Assembly (NCBI GenBank): GCA_963724635.1
Contig: CAVRVI010000006.1
Span: 129,780-193,779 of the forward strand
Length of the DNA stretch: 64,000 bases
Direction of reading: 5' to 3'
DNA from: an uncultured Chloroflexia bacterium
GTDB lineage: Bacteria > Chloroflexota > Limnocylindria > Limnocylindrales > CSP1-4
Shown here piece by piece: positions 36,680 to 45,783 of the stretch. Within the stretch, counting starts at the first letter, position 1. Every line of letters starts with the position of its first letter. Below the pieces are notes generated by a model that worked only from the letters and a program-made list of their open reading frames with translations, was not told where the DNA came from and did no database searches. The position numbers and the translations under genes are program-made.

Positions 36680-39600
36680 CTACTTGAGGCCCATCTTGCC
36701 GTCCCACGGCCAGGGCTTGCTGAGGACGATGGCGATGTCCGCGTCCTTCATCCCGAGCGTGTTGAAGTCCTGGAGGGACATGATCTCTGGGACGACCGCT
36801 GCCTTAAGAGTGGCGGCCTGCTTGGTCCGGAGCGAGATGCACGGGTTCTGGGCCTTGAGAGCCGCGGACAGGTTGGACGCCTGGATCGCGGAGCACTCGG
36901 GCACGTAGCCCCAGTAGACGCCAGTCCCATCATTGACGGCATCTTTGAGCGTGCCATTCGTGAGACTCGTCTTGGCCTTCCACGCCGTCGCCGGGGTGGT
37001 GCCAAGGTACTTCGCACCGAGGCAGATGTTGTACGCATTTGGTCCACGCGACGTGTATCCGGCCGCCTTGATCGTGTCCTTCGGGTAAAGCAGGACCATG
37101 CTGAAGTTCGGCGACGTGGCGGACACGCCGTTCCCGGTGACCTTCATCTCGGTGGTCTGGCCTACCTTCTTGGCGCTCGGGTCACCGCATTGGCCGTTGT
37201 CGAACGCGATGAACTGCGTCTGTAAGGTCACCGGGTTGTCGCCACGAACTGATCGACCGTCTTGACGATCTTGCCGAACGACGTCTGCTTGGCCGAGGCC
37301 TGATTGGCCGCGAGGTTGTCGCAGAAGGTCGGGTTGATCCAGCACGCCTCGAGGTCGTTGACCGCCTGAACGGTCTTGCTCGTGCCGTTGTTCGACCCGG
37401 CGGCGTACGCGGTCAGGCTGAAGGAACCCAGGTTGTCGGTGCGGATGGCGCGGGAACCGGGATCGATGCTTCGCCATTCGTCGTGAGAGCGGCCATCGTC
37501 GCGGTGCCGGCGTTGTTGGTCTTCACGGTGATGGAGGTGGTCGCCACTCGATTGCCATGAGATCGAGGCCAGGACCCTGACCGGGGCGGAGGAGGTCAGG
37601 CACGGATCCGCGGCGGCCGTCGGAGCCGGCGAGCAGACGTGGTAGACCTTGTCGCCGACTGTCCGTATCGATGCGCTCACCGTCGAAGCTCGACGGCGGG
37701 TCGAGAACAGGAGCCGGGCGGCGCCGGTCGGGTTCACGCTGAACCCATTGCTTGTCTCCGAAACGAGACCGGCGGTGCGTGAGTGTTGTCGATGGTGGCG
37801 TTGTAGGCCCTGACGTTGCTGACCGTGCCGATGCGTTCGACCAGCGATCGCACGTACGTGCCTGGCGCCGCGTCGATGCCGATGTGCAGTAGATCGCCAG
37901 CAGCCGGCACGTCACGAGGCCCGACAAGGTGCCAGTGCCCTGGTTGCCGTCTTCACGTTGCCGGATACGGGTCGTAGGCGGTGACCGTGAAGCCGAAGCC
38001 GGACCCCGCCGTCTGCGTCCCGATGGTGGTGATCGAGAAGTCACCCAGCGTGTCGTCGAAAGTGACCACGAAGCTATTCGAGGGCTCGCTGACCGAGCCG
38101 TCCGTGCTGTCGCCTGCGCGGCCGGTTCCGCCTTGTAGGCCGTGACCCCCGTGACCGTGCCGACGCCTGACGACCAGGAGATCGAGCCGTACGTCGCGGC
38201 GGTGGCGGGCAGGTCTGGGGTGCAGGGGATGCGTCCGGGCGAGTGGCCAGGCCGGACAGTGCCCCGGTCGTGTGATCAGTTTGACGTTGCCGTATGGGTC
38301 GTAGGCCGTGACCGTGAAGCCGAAGCCCGTACCGGCGGTCTGGCCGCCGATGGTTGTCAGAAGTCGCCAAGCACGTTCTTGAAGGCGACAGCGAAGGTGT
38401 TCGAGGTCTCATTCACGGCGACCGTCCGCGATCGGTGACCTGCGCGGCCGGTTCCGCCTTGTAGGCCGTGACCCCCGTGACCGTGCCGACGCCCGACGAC
38501 CAGGAGATCGAGCCGTACGTGGCGGCGGTGGCGGGCAGGTCTGGGGTGCAGCGGATGCAGCCGGGCGAGATGGCCAGGCCGGACAGTGCCCCGGTCGTGT
38601 GATTCAGTTTGACGTTGCCTATGGGTCGTACGCCGTGACCGTGAAGCCGAAGCCCGTCCCGGCGGTCTGGCCGCCAATCGTGGTGACCGAGAAGTCGCCG
38701 AGCACGTTCTTAAACGCGACTGCGAAGGTGTTCGAGGGCTCGCTGACCGAGCCGTCCGTGATCGTCACCTGCGCGGCCGGTTCCGCCTTGTAGGCCGTGA
38801 CCCCCGTGACCGTGCCAACGCCGTTCGACCAGGAGATCGACCCATACAATGCCGGCGTGCCTGCGGTGGTGGGGGTGCACAGGCTGCAACCGGGCGAGGT
38901 CGCAAGCCCGGACAGGGAGCCTGCGGACTGGTTCTCCTTGACATTGCCGTACGGGTCGTAGGCCGTGACCGAGAAGCCAAAGCCTGTCCCAGCGGTCTGG
39001 CTGTCGATCGTGCTGACAGAAGTCACCGAGTGTGTCTTCGTAGGTGACCGCGAAGGCGTTGGACGTCTTGGCGATCGACCCATCGGTGATGGTGACCTGC
39101 GCCGATTCGGCGTTGAAGGCCTTGACGTTGCTGACCGTGCCAACGCCGTTCGACCAGGAGATCGAACCGTACGTCGCGGCGGTCGCGGGCAGGTCCGGCG
39201 TGCACGCGGTACAGCCGGGCGATGTCGCCAGGCCGGACAGCGTTCCGCCGGTGTAGTCGGTCTTGACGTTCGTACTGGTCGTACGCGATCACGGTGAATC
39301 CGAAACCGGCCCCGGCTACCTGCGCGCCGATCGTGCTGATCTCGAACGACGCCAAGGCGCCCGGCGTGAAGCACGTCTTCCGAGTCCGTGATCGCCACCG
39401 TGTCGACGGTGCCCGTGATGTGGGAGGAGCCAGGACCGTCGAGCTCAGCGTGGCGGTGTACGTGCCGTCGCCGACATCTGTCGGGGTCGCCGCGATAGCG
39501 CCATGACCGGACGCGAGCGTGACCGCATCGCCGCCTGTCACGAGGTTGTTGCCGTACTGGTCCTTCAGTCGGACCGTCACGACGGTGCTGCCGACATCGA

Positions 39601-40675
39601 CATTCACCGAGTTCGAGGCGGCCGTGATGGTGGACTTCGCCGCGTTCGCCGCACCAACGGCGATATCGACGACGGCATCGTCGTCGATCGGGTCGTCGTC
39701 GACGGTTCCGGTGATCGTGGCGCTGCCAGGGTCTTCGGAGGTGAGGGTCGCGGTGTAGGTCCCGTCGTCGTTGTCATCGGCGGACGTGACGGACCGACGG
39801 TGGTATCGAGGTCCACCGTGTCGCCGCCCTCGGTGATCGCGTTGCCGAACTGGTCAAGCAGCGTGACGGTGATGGTCGAGCTGCCGTCGACGGTGATCGA
39901 GTCATCGTCGACTCCGATCGTGGACGTTGTCCCGCTCGGGTCGCCTACGGTGATGCCTACGGTCGCATCGTCGCTGATCGGGTCGGTGTTCACGGTCCCG
40001 GTGATAAGGGCCGTATCGGGCTCTATCGCCGTGAGCGTCGCGGTGTAGGTCCCGTCGCCTACGTCGTTCGGAATCGTCAGCGCGCCAGCGCTGGTGTCGA
40101 GTTCGACAGTGTCGCCTCCGGTCCCAAGCTCGTTACCGAACTGGTCCTTGACCGTGACGGTAATGGTCGACGAACCGTCGACCGTGATATCTGCCAAGGA
40201 CGCTTCGATCGTGCTTGTGTCCCACTGGCTGCGCCGACCGAGAAGGTCACGACCTCGTCATCGATGATCGCCTCGCCGTCGATCGTGCCGGTGATCGTCG
40301 CAACTACGGGCGTCGTGGCGTCCAGCGTGGCCGTGTAGGTGCCATCGCCATTGTCGGTGACGTCCGAGAGGTTCCCGAAATCGCTGTCCAGCGTCACGAC
40401 CCCGCCCGTCTCAGACAGATTCGCCCCCCGGTCGCCTTCGCCTGCACGGTGATCGTGACCGTGTCATCGACCGTAGGCGTCGCCAAGGTGGCGGCGATGG
40501 TCGTCTCCGCGGGATCCGCATCGCCCGGCGCGGCGAGCACCGACGTCGGTCGCGCGGCGGCCCACGTGAACAACGATGTGAGGATCAACAAGGTGGCGAG
40601 GACCGCCCATCCTCGGGCCCTGAACATGGAGCGACCGAACGTCGGCGTGGGCGCCGACGGAAGTTGTGTTGCCAT
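36680..40675 (-). pseudogene. Very large (~1330-codon) secreted adhesin-like surface protein with many frame interruptions. It consists of a signal peptide, ~4 invasin/Big_1-like Ig domains, 5-6 tandem ~109-aa Cys-pair repeats and a ~350-aa unassigned C-terminal region
   Basis: The gene is pieced together from at least 9 ORF-track fragments on the minus strand. Parts, N to C:
- Signal peptide: MFRARGWAVLATLLILTSLFTWAAARPTSVLAAPG.
- Ig-like units: ITVDGSSTITVTVKDQFGNELGTGGDTVELDTSAGAL...GDGTYTATLTA...
- Repeat units: QTAGTGFGFTVTAYDPYGNVK...SGLA.SPGC..CTP...YGSISWS.GVGTVTGVTAYKAEPAAQVTITDGSVSEPSNTFAVAFKNVLGDF.
- Stop at 36680. Confidence 0.75.
37733..39400 (-). repeat. Tandem coding repeat array, period ~327-330 bp (markers at ~37733, 37981, 38308, 38635, 38965, 39288)
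   Basis: Direct comparison of units shows that 37981-38307 and 38308-38634 are ~95% identical over their last ~190 bp. Unit 3 is ~85% identical and the outer units are more diverged. Small indels between units coincide with the frame breaks. Confidence 0.85.
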
Positions 40676-40849
40676 GATGTCGATCGCCCCTCACTGCGCG
40701 CGCGGTACTTTCGTACCAGTGATTCCTAGTACCCCGGTGTAATCGGCCAAAGGTGCGACTGATAACGGTTGCCGTCAAGCGTCATCTTGGCGACACAGAG
40801 CACCTCGAAATCGGGCGGCGGTGCGCGCAGTCAACGAAGTCGACTGGTC

Positions 40850-40924
40850 GGAGCGGGGGACGAGTTCGAAATCGAGACAGGCGATCTGGAGGCTGCCGCT
40901 CGACCCGACTGAGTCGACTCCCGC
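40850..40924 (-). pseudogene. Decayed full-length copy of tRNA-Gly (tRNA pseudogene) with a conserved upstream flank
   Basis: It aligns end to end with the intact tRNA at 42600-42675 (~75-80% identity). The upstream flank GGGATGATACCGG is shared. The acceptor stem has one mismatch. The D, anticodon and T stems no longer pair, and the loop reads CTCCAGA. Confidence 0.6.
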
Positions 40925-41118
40925 CCGGATGGCGCCCCGGGATGATACCGGGCCACGCGCAAATCGGCGGTCGGCCGTCCGTTGCGCGGCGGTCACGAGG
41001 ACGGATGAGGTCGAAGAGGCCTCCTTTGACACCGGGGCAACGCGCCCCGGGGCGTGAACCGGGGGACGCCGGAGGTGCATCATCGTCGCTTCAGACCAAG
41101 CCAGTCGGGAGGAAGACC

Positions 41119-42036
41119 ATGCCGGATGCGCCGTACCGCCGGGTCCACGTCATCATCAACCCGGCTTCAGGCAAGGACGAGCCCATCCTCAACGTCCTGA
41201 ACGACGTCTTCCACCAGCACGAGGTCGACTGGGACGTCAGCCTGACGCACAAATACGGCGACGCCACCGTCCAGGCCCGCAAGGCCGTCGAGGACGGCGT
41301 GGACCTCGTCGTCGGCTACGGCGGCGACGGGACCCAGCACGAGCTCGCCAATGCGCTCGTCGACGCGGCCGTCGAAACAGGACGCAAGCTGCCGATGGGC
41401 ATCCTGCCGGGTGGGACCGGGAACGGGTTCGCTCGAGAGATGGGGGTGCCAGGGACCCTTCGGGAGGCCACCGAAGTCCTGTGCACCAGCACCAAGACCC
41501 GCAACGTCGACGTGGGACGGATCCGCGAGCTCGGGCAGGCGACGGTAGACGACCGGTACTTCGTCCAGCGGCTCTACGTGGGGGTCGAGCCGGAGGAGCA
41601 GACGAGTCGCGCGGAGAAGGACAAGTACGGCGTGTTCGCGTACCTCGTCAACGCCGCCGGGCATGCGCGCGACACCTCGGCGCCCATCCACTACAAAGTC
41701 GAGCTCGACGGCGAGTCCGCGGAGTTCACGGCCACGAAGGTCTACCTCGTCAACTCCGGGATGATGGGGACCGGGCTCCAGATCACCCATTCGTATTCGG
41801 TCGAGGACGGGCTGCTCGACTGTTTCCGCATCGACCAGCACGACTACCACACGCTGGCCGCCGCGGCCCTCCGGTTCCTGGACCTGGCGAAGGTCACGAA
41901 GTTCCATCGACAGGCGCGCTCGATCCGGATCGAGACCGAGCCCGACCAGCCCGTGTGGACCGACGGCGAGTACATCGGGCGCACCCCGCTGACGGTCGAC
42001 GTCATGCCCGGGGCGCTGGCCGTTGTCGTCCCCTGA
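41119..42036 (+). CDS. Diacylglycerol kinase-family lipid kinase (YegS/Rv2252/BmrU type)
   Basis: Inner ATG at 41119 of ORF 40753..42036, preceded by GGGAGGAAG. Motifs are RRVHVIINPASGK, VVGYGGDGTQHE and GILPGGTGNGFAREMG. Confidence 0.85.
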   Translation: MPDAPYRRVHVIINPASGKDEPILNVLNDVFHQHEVDWDVSLTHKYGDATVQARKAVEDGVDLVVGYGGDGTQHELANALVDAAVETGRKLPMGILPGGTGNGFAREMGVPGTLREATEVLCTSTKTRNVDVGRIRELGQATVDDRYFVQRLYVGVEPEEQTSRAEKDKYGVFAYLVNAAGHARDTSAPIHYKVELDGESAEFTATKVYLVNSGMMGTGLQITHSYSVEDGLLDCFRIDQHDYHTLAAAALRFLDLAKVTKFHRQARSIRIETEPDQPVWTDGEYIGRTPLTVDVMPGALAVVVP

Positions 42037-42583
42037 TCCGCGACCCGGCCTGTCCCCGTTCCACCGAGCGTTCGACCGCCTCTACCCCGCGATCCGGTTC
42101 ACCTACGAGCGACTCCTGGGCCATGCCTGGTTCTCGCAGATCGAACCCCGGCTCTGGCTGGGCGGTGCGCCGACGTACCGACGCGACTATGCGGAGCTCC
42201 TGACGCGGGAGATCAGCGCGGTGCTCGATACCCGGGCGGAGCGGACGTCCGACCTCGCCTTCTACGATGCTCACGGGATCACGCACCGCAAGTTCCTCGT
42301 CCCCGACGTGACGGTGCCGGACGCGGCCGTCCTCACCGAGGCGGTCGCCTGGATCGACGACCAGCAGGCGGACGGGCGGACGGTGCTCATCCATTGCGCG
42401 AAGGGCCGGGGCCGCTCGGCGACGGTGCTCGCCGCCTACCTCATGCAGACCGAGGGGATGAGCTTCGACGAAGTGCGCGACCTGCTGCGCGCCAAGCGAT
42501 CGCTGGTCAAGCTCGAGGACCGGCACCGCCGGGTGCTGGAGTCGTGGGTCGCCGACTCGGGCCGGCCGATCCGGTCAGCGTGA
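42023..42583 (+). CDS. Dual-specificity (Cys-based, PTP-superfamily) phosphatase
   Basis: Intact 186-aa ORF with a TTG start that overlaps the kinase gene by 14 nt. The catalytic P-loop is VLIHCAKGRGRSATVLAAYLM (HCxxGxxRS). The start codon is uncertain. Confidence 0.75.
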   Translation: MSSPDPRPGLSPFHRAFDRLYPAIRFTYERLLGHAWFSQIEPRLWLGGAPTYRRDYAELLTREISAVLDTRAERTSDLAFYDAHGITHRKFLVPDVTVPDAAVLTEAVAWIDDQQADGRTVLIHCAKGRGRSATVLAAYLMQTEGMSFDEVRDLLRAKRSLVKLEDRHRRVLESWVADSGRPIRSA

Positions 42584-42599
42584 CCGCGGATCGAGAGGA

Positions 42600-42675
42600 T
42601 GGAGCGGGAGACGAGGTTCGAACTCGCGACATGCAGCTTGGAAGGCTGCCGCTCTACCAACTGAGCTACTCCCGC
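42600..42675 (-). tRNA. tRNA-Gly (anticodon UCC), CCA encoded
   Basis: Manual cloverleaf of the reverse strand, written 5' to 3' as GCGGGAG-TA-GCTC-AGTTGGTA-GAGC-G-GCAGC-CTTCCAA-GCTGC-ATGTC-GCGAG-TTCGAAC-CTCGT-CTCCCGC-T-CCA. All four stems pair. The anticodon loop C-U-UCC-A-A gives UCC. Confidence 0.9.
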
Positions 42676-42804
42676 TCGGGTGGCGCCCGGGGATGATACC
42701 GGACCTGCGCCCCCGCATGCTCGCGTCGACCTGCCTCCGCCTCGTGCCATCGGGCCCGCGGGATGGGGCCGAACGCCACATGCGGTACCTCACCCGCTGG
42801 TGTG

Positions 42805-42827
42805 ATGTTCATCCGGTGATGAGACAT
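42805..42827. promoter_or_regulatory. Candidate ArsR operator: imperfect inverted repeat ATGTTCAT-N6-ATGAGACAT upstream of arsR (42851)
   Basis: Seen directly ~25 nt upstream of the GTG start. It resembles TGAACA/TGTTCA-type SmtB/ArsR operators. This is inference. Confidence 0.35.
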
Positions 42828-42850
42828 CGCAGCTGGTCCGGGAGGCTGGC

Positions 42851-43192
42851 GTGATGGCCGCGCGGACGGAGCTGCCGGTCCTGCCCGAGCTGCGCCTGCA
42901 GGTCGACCCGCCGGAGGTCGTCAGGACGTCGCCGCGACCGCGGCGCTTCTCGGCGATCCGATCCGCGCCGGCATCGTCGCCATCCTGGGTTCCGGTCCCG
43001 CATTGCGTGTGCGAGATGGCGGCCGCCCTTGGCGAGCGCCAGAACAACGTCAGCAATCACCTGGCGAAGCTGCGGCGTGCAGGACTGGTCCGAGCGAGCC
43101 GGCACATGGTCGACGCCCGCTGGGTCTACTACGAGCGCGACGAGGCGGCCTGCGCGGCGGCGCTCGCGTCGTTCCGGCGACTCCTGCGATGA
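42851..43192 (+). CDS. arsR: ArsR-family metalloregulator; the central ~75 nt appears to be read out of frame (two compensating indels, ~42922 and ~42998)
   Basis: ORF 42851..43192 gives ...HCVCEMAAALGERQNNVSNHLAKLRRAGLVRASR... This has a CVC metalloid site and an HTH. The expected preceding helix (QDVAATAALLGDPIRAGIVAILGSGP) is encoded in the adjacent frame between ~42922 and ~42998. Confidence 0.75.
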   Translation: MMAARTELPVLPELRLQVDPPEVVRTSPRPRRFSAIRSAPASSPSWVPVPHCVCEMAAALGERQNNVSNHLAKLRRAGLVRASRHMVDARWVYYERDEAACAAALASFRRLLR

Positions 43193-44233
43193 CGACGCTC
43201 GCCGTCCGCGGACCCACCTGCCGTTCTGGCCCGGTGGTCGGCCTGGCGGTCGTCGCGTGGCTGATCGCGTGGTTCATCACGCTGCCGCTGGCGAACTGGG
43301 TCGCCTACGACCTGCTCGGCCTGCAGGCGGGCTCGCAGCTCGGCGATGCGATCGCGTTCTTCCTGTACGACGTGCCCAAGGTCCTGCTGCTCCTGACCGG
43401 GATCGTCACGCTCGTCTCGTTCCTGCGCTCGTACGTGTCGCCCGAGCGCGTCCGGTCGGCGCTCGCCGGTCGAGGCGTCCTGCCCGGGACGATGGCGGCG
43501 GCGGGCTTCGGGGTCGTCACCCCCTTCTGCTCCTGCTCGGCGGTGCCGCTGTTCATCGGCTTCGTGGAGGTCGGCGTCCCGCTCGGCGTGACGTTCGCCT
43601 TCCTCATCGCCTCGCCGATGGTCAACGAGATCGCGATCGTGCTGCTGTGGGGTCTGTTCGGTCCCGCCGTCACCCTGATGTACATCGCCGCCGGGCTCGT
43701 CGTCGCGGTCGTGGCCGGCCTCGTCATCGGTCGGCTCCACCTGGAGCGCTACGTGGAGCCGTACGTCTGGGAGATCAAGGCGGGTGGCGCCCGCCCCGTC
43801 GAGATGAAGCTGACCCTCGAGGACCGGGTGCGCGACGCCTGGACCTCGACCCGCAGTCTCGTCTGGAGGGTGCTGCCGTTCGTCCTGATCGGCATCGGCA
43901 TCGGCGCCGTCATCCACGGCTTCGTCCCGACGGACCTCGTCGTGTCGATCGGCGGCAGCGGCAACCCGCTCGCCGTGCCCGGCCCTCGTCCTGCTCGGGG
44001 TCCCGCTCTACAGCAATGCCGCGGGGACCATCCCGATCATCGAGGTGCTCATCGCCAAGGGCCTGCCGATGGGCTCGGCCCTCGCGTTCATGATGGCCAT
44101 CACCGCCCTGTCGTTCCCGGAGATGGTCATCCTCCGGCGGGTCATGAAGCCGCAGCTCATCGCGGTCTTCGCCGGCGTCGTCGCCGTCGGGATCCTGTTC
44201 GTCGGCTACCTGTTCAACGCCCTGTACGCCTGA
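43189..44233 (+). CDS. Permease of the ArsP_1 (PF03773-like, putative organoarsenical efflux) family, one frame interruption (~43982)
   Basis: ATG 43189 overlaps the arsR stop (ATGA). The N-part (ORF 43003..) carries VVTPFCSCSAVPLFIGFVEVGVPLG. The C-part continues in ORF 44045..44233 (...LVLLGVPLYSNAAGTIPIIEVLIAKGLPMGSALAFMMA...). The family name is recalled, not searched. Confidence 0.75.
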
Positions 44234-44244
44234 AGGAGGACGCC

Positions 44245-44484
44245 ATGCGCGTCATCGAAGTGCTCGGTCCCGGCTGCCAGAAGTGCCAGTACACCGAGAA
44301 GGTCGTCCGCGAGGTCGTGGACGCCGCCGGCATCGACGCCGAGGTCCGGCACGTGACCGACTACGGTGAGATCGCCTCGCGCGGCGTCATGTCGACGCCC
44401 GGGCTCGTCATCGACGGCACCGTCGTCCTCGCCGGACGGGTGCCGACGCGCGAGCAGGTCGCCGGCTGGCTCGGCGTCGCATAG
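44245..44484 (+). CDS. Small thioredoxin-fold protein (redox-active disulfide protein 2 / glutaredoxin-like)
   Basis: 79 aa, preceded by the RBS GAAGGAGGA. It reads MRVIEVLGPGCQKCQ (CxxC)...VMSTPGLVIDG. This protein is a typical partner of ArsP_1-type permeases. Confidence 0.8.
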   Translation: MRVIEVLGPGCQKCQYTEKVVREVVDAAGIDAEVRHVTDYGEIASRGVMSTPGLVIDGTVVLAGRVPTREQVAGWLGVA

Positions 44485-44524
44485 GCGCCATCGTCACCTT
44501 CTAGCCTGAGGCCGCGACCAGAGC

Positions 44525-44857
44525 CTAGGCGCGCGCCTCCAGGACGGTGAGCCGGCGCGATGCTGGAGGCGGACCGGTCACGCCGCCAAAGCCTCCCGCG
44601 AGTTCCCGGAACCGGGCGACGGCCTGCGGACGCAGCGAATAGAAGATCCATGTCCCGCGTCGCTCGCCCTCGATCCAGCCGGCGTCGCGAAGGACCTTGA
44701 GATGGTGCGAGACGGTCGGCTGGCTCACGTCGCAGCACGCGGTGAAGTCGCAGGCGCACACCTCCGCGCAGTCGCTCAACTCGCGCAGGATCGCAAGTCG
44801 GGTCGGGTCAGCGGCGGCCTGGAGCAGCAGGACGTCGGGATCAGTCTGGCGCTTCAT
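44525..44857 (-). CDS. arsR: ArsR-family metalloregulator (second copy)
   Basis: Inner ATG at 44857 of ORF 44525..44911 gives MKRQTDPDVLLLQAAADPTRLAILRELSDCAEVCACDFTACCDVSQPTVSHHLKVLRDAGWIE. It is Cys-rich around helix 3 and divergent from arsM. Confidence 0.85.
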   Translation of the reverse strand: MKRQTDPDVLLLQAAADPTRLAILRELSDCAEVCACDFTACCDVSQPTVSHHLKVLRDAGWIEGERRGTWIFYSLRPQAVARFRELAGGFGGVTGPPPASRRLTVLEARA

Positions 44858-44864
44858 GTCGCTA

Positions 44865-44904
44865 CTGTATTGACAGATGCCTATCTTGACAAGTATCAAT
44901 ACAG
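44865..44904. promoter_or_regulatory. arsR/arsM divergent control region: perfect 9-bp inverted repeat CTGTATTGA...TCAATACAG enclosing two TTGACA boxes
   Basis: Seen directly. For arsM the pattern is TTGACA (44870-75), 18 nt, TATCAA (44894-99). On the other strand the pattern is TTGTCA, 17 nt, TACAGT, ending ~7 nt before the arsR ATG, which suggests a leaderless-type transcript. The region is unusually AT-rich for this sequence. Confidence 0.5.
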
Positions 44905-44940
44905 CGCACACCGCCGTCCACTTCGAGGAGCCGTCCAGCG

Positions 44941-45783
44941 ATGACCACAGCGACCCCCGCCACGAACGAGTCCAGCGAGACGATCCACGAGACCGTTCGG
45001 CAGCACTATGCCGATGCCGCAGTCCGCGCCTCCCAGGGCTCCTCGTGTTGCAGCGATCCCGAGACCATCGGGGCCAACCTGTACTCGGCGCTCGAGCGCG
45101 ACGAGCTGCCCGACGCCGCCGTCCTTGCCTCCCTCGGTTGCGGCAATCCGACGGCAGTGGCTGACCTCCATCCCGGTGAGCGCGTGCTCGACCTTGGCTC
45201 AGGCGGTGGCATCGACGTCCTGCTCTCGGCGAAGCGGGTCGGACCGACGGGGCGGGCGTTCGGCGTTGACATGACCGACGAGATGCTCGCCCTTGCGCAG
45301 CACAATGCCGCCGAGGCGGGCGCCACCAACGTCGAGTTCCTCAAGGGCCACATCGAGGCGATCCCGCTCCCCGCGGAGTCGATCGACGTCGTCATCAGCA
45401 ACTGTGTCGTCAACCTGGCCGCCGACAAGCGTGCCGTGTTCGCGGAGATCGCCCGCGTGCTGCGGCCCGGCGGCCGGATCGGTATCAGCGACATCGTGGC
45501 CGAGGATTCACTGAGCCCCGAGCAGCGCGCGGAGCGCGGCTCGTTCGCAGGCTGCATCGCGGGCGCTCTGTCGATCTCGGAGTTTCGCGAGGGTCTCGAA
45601 GCCGTCGGACTCACTGAGGTCTCGATCACGCCGTCGCACACGGTGGTGGAGGGGATGATCAGCGCCATCATCAAGGCGACGAAGCCCGCCGACGCCCGGC
45701 CGCTCATCGATCTCGCGGCGCCGCGCGAGATGCTCCCGGTCGCCGAGGCCGGCGGCTGCTGCGGCGGCTCCGGCTGCTGCTGA
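44941..45783 (+). CDS. arsM: Arsenite S-adenosylmethionine methyltransferase
   Basis: Intact 280-aa ORF. It has conserved Cys motifs (SSCCS, LGCGNP, FAGCIAGA), the SAM-binding VLDLGSGGGID, and a C-terminal Cys-rich tail (GGCCGGSGCC). Confidence 0.9.
   Translation: MTTATPATNESSETIHETVRQHYADAAVRASQGSSCCSDPETIGANLYSALERDELPDAAVLASLGCGNPTAVADLHPGERVLDLGSGGGIDVLLSAKRVGPTGRAFGVDMTDEMLALAQHNAAEAGATNVEFLKGHIEAIPLPAESIDVVISNCVVNLAADKRAVFAEIARVLRPGGRIGISDIVAEDSLSPEQRAERGSFAGCIAGALSISEFREGLEAVGLTEVSITPSHTVVEGMISAIIKATKPADARPLIDLAAPREMLPVAEAGGCCGGSGCC

Noticed and set aside
37733-39400. The regular ~327-bp repeats might be a CRISPR array or a DGR template/variable repeat pair.
   Set aside because: The period is far too long and there are no unique spacers, so it is not a CRISPR array. 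The repeats are in-frame protein domains. No reverse transcriptase is present in the window, and differences between units are not biased to adenines.
40850-40924. The tRNA-like copy might be a functional tRNA (its loop CTCCAGA would read anticodon CCA, Trp).
   Set aside because: Manual folding fails. The anticodon stem has at most 3 pairs, the T stem is disrupted (TCGAT versus CTCGT) and the D arm is aberrant. It is best explained as a decayed copy of the neighbouring tRNA-Gly.
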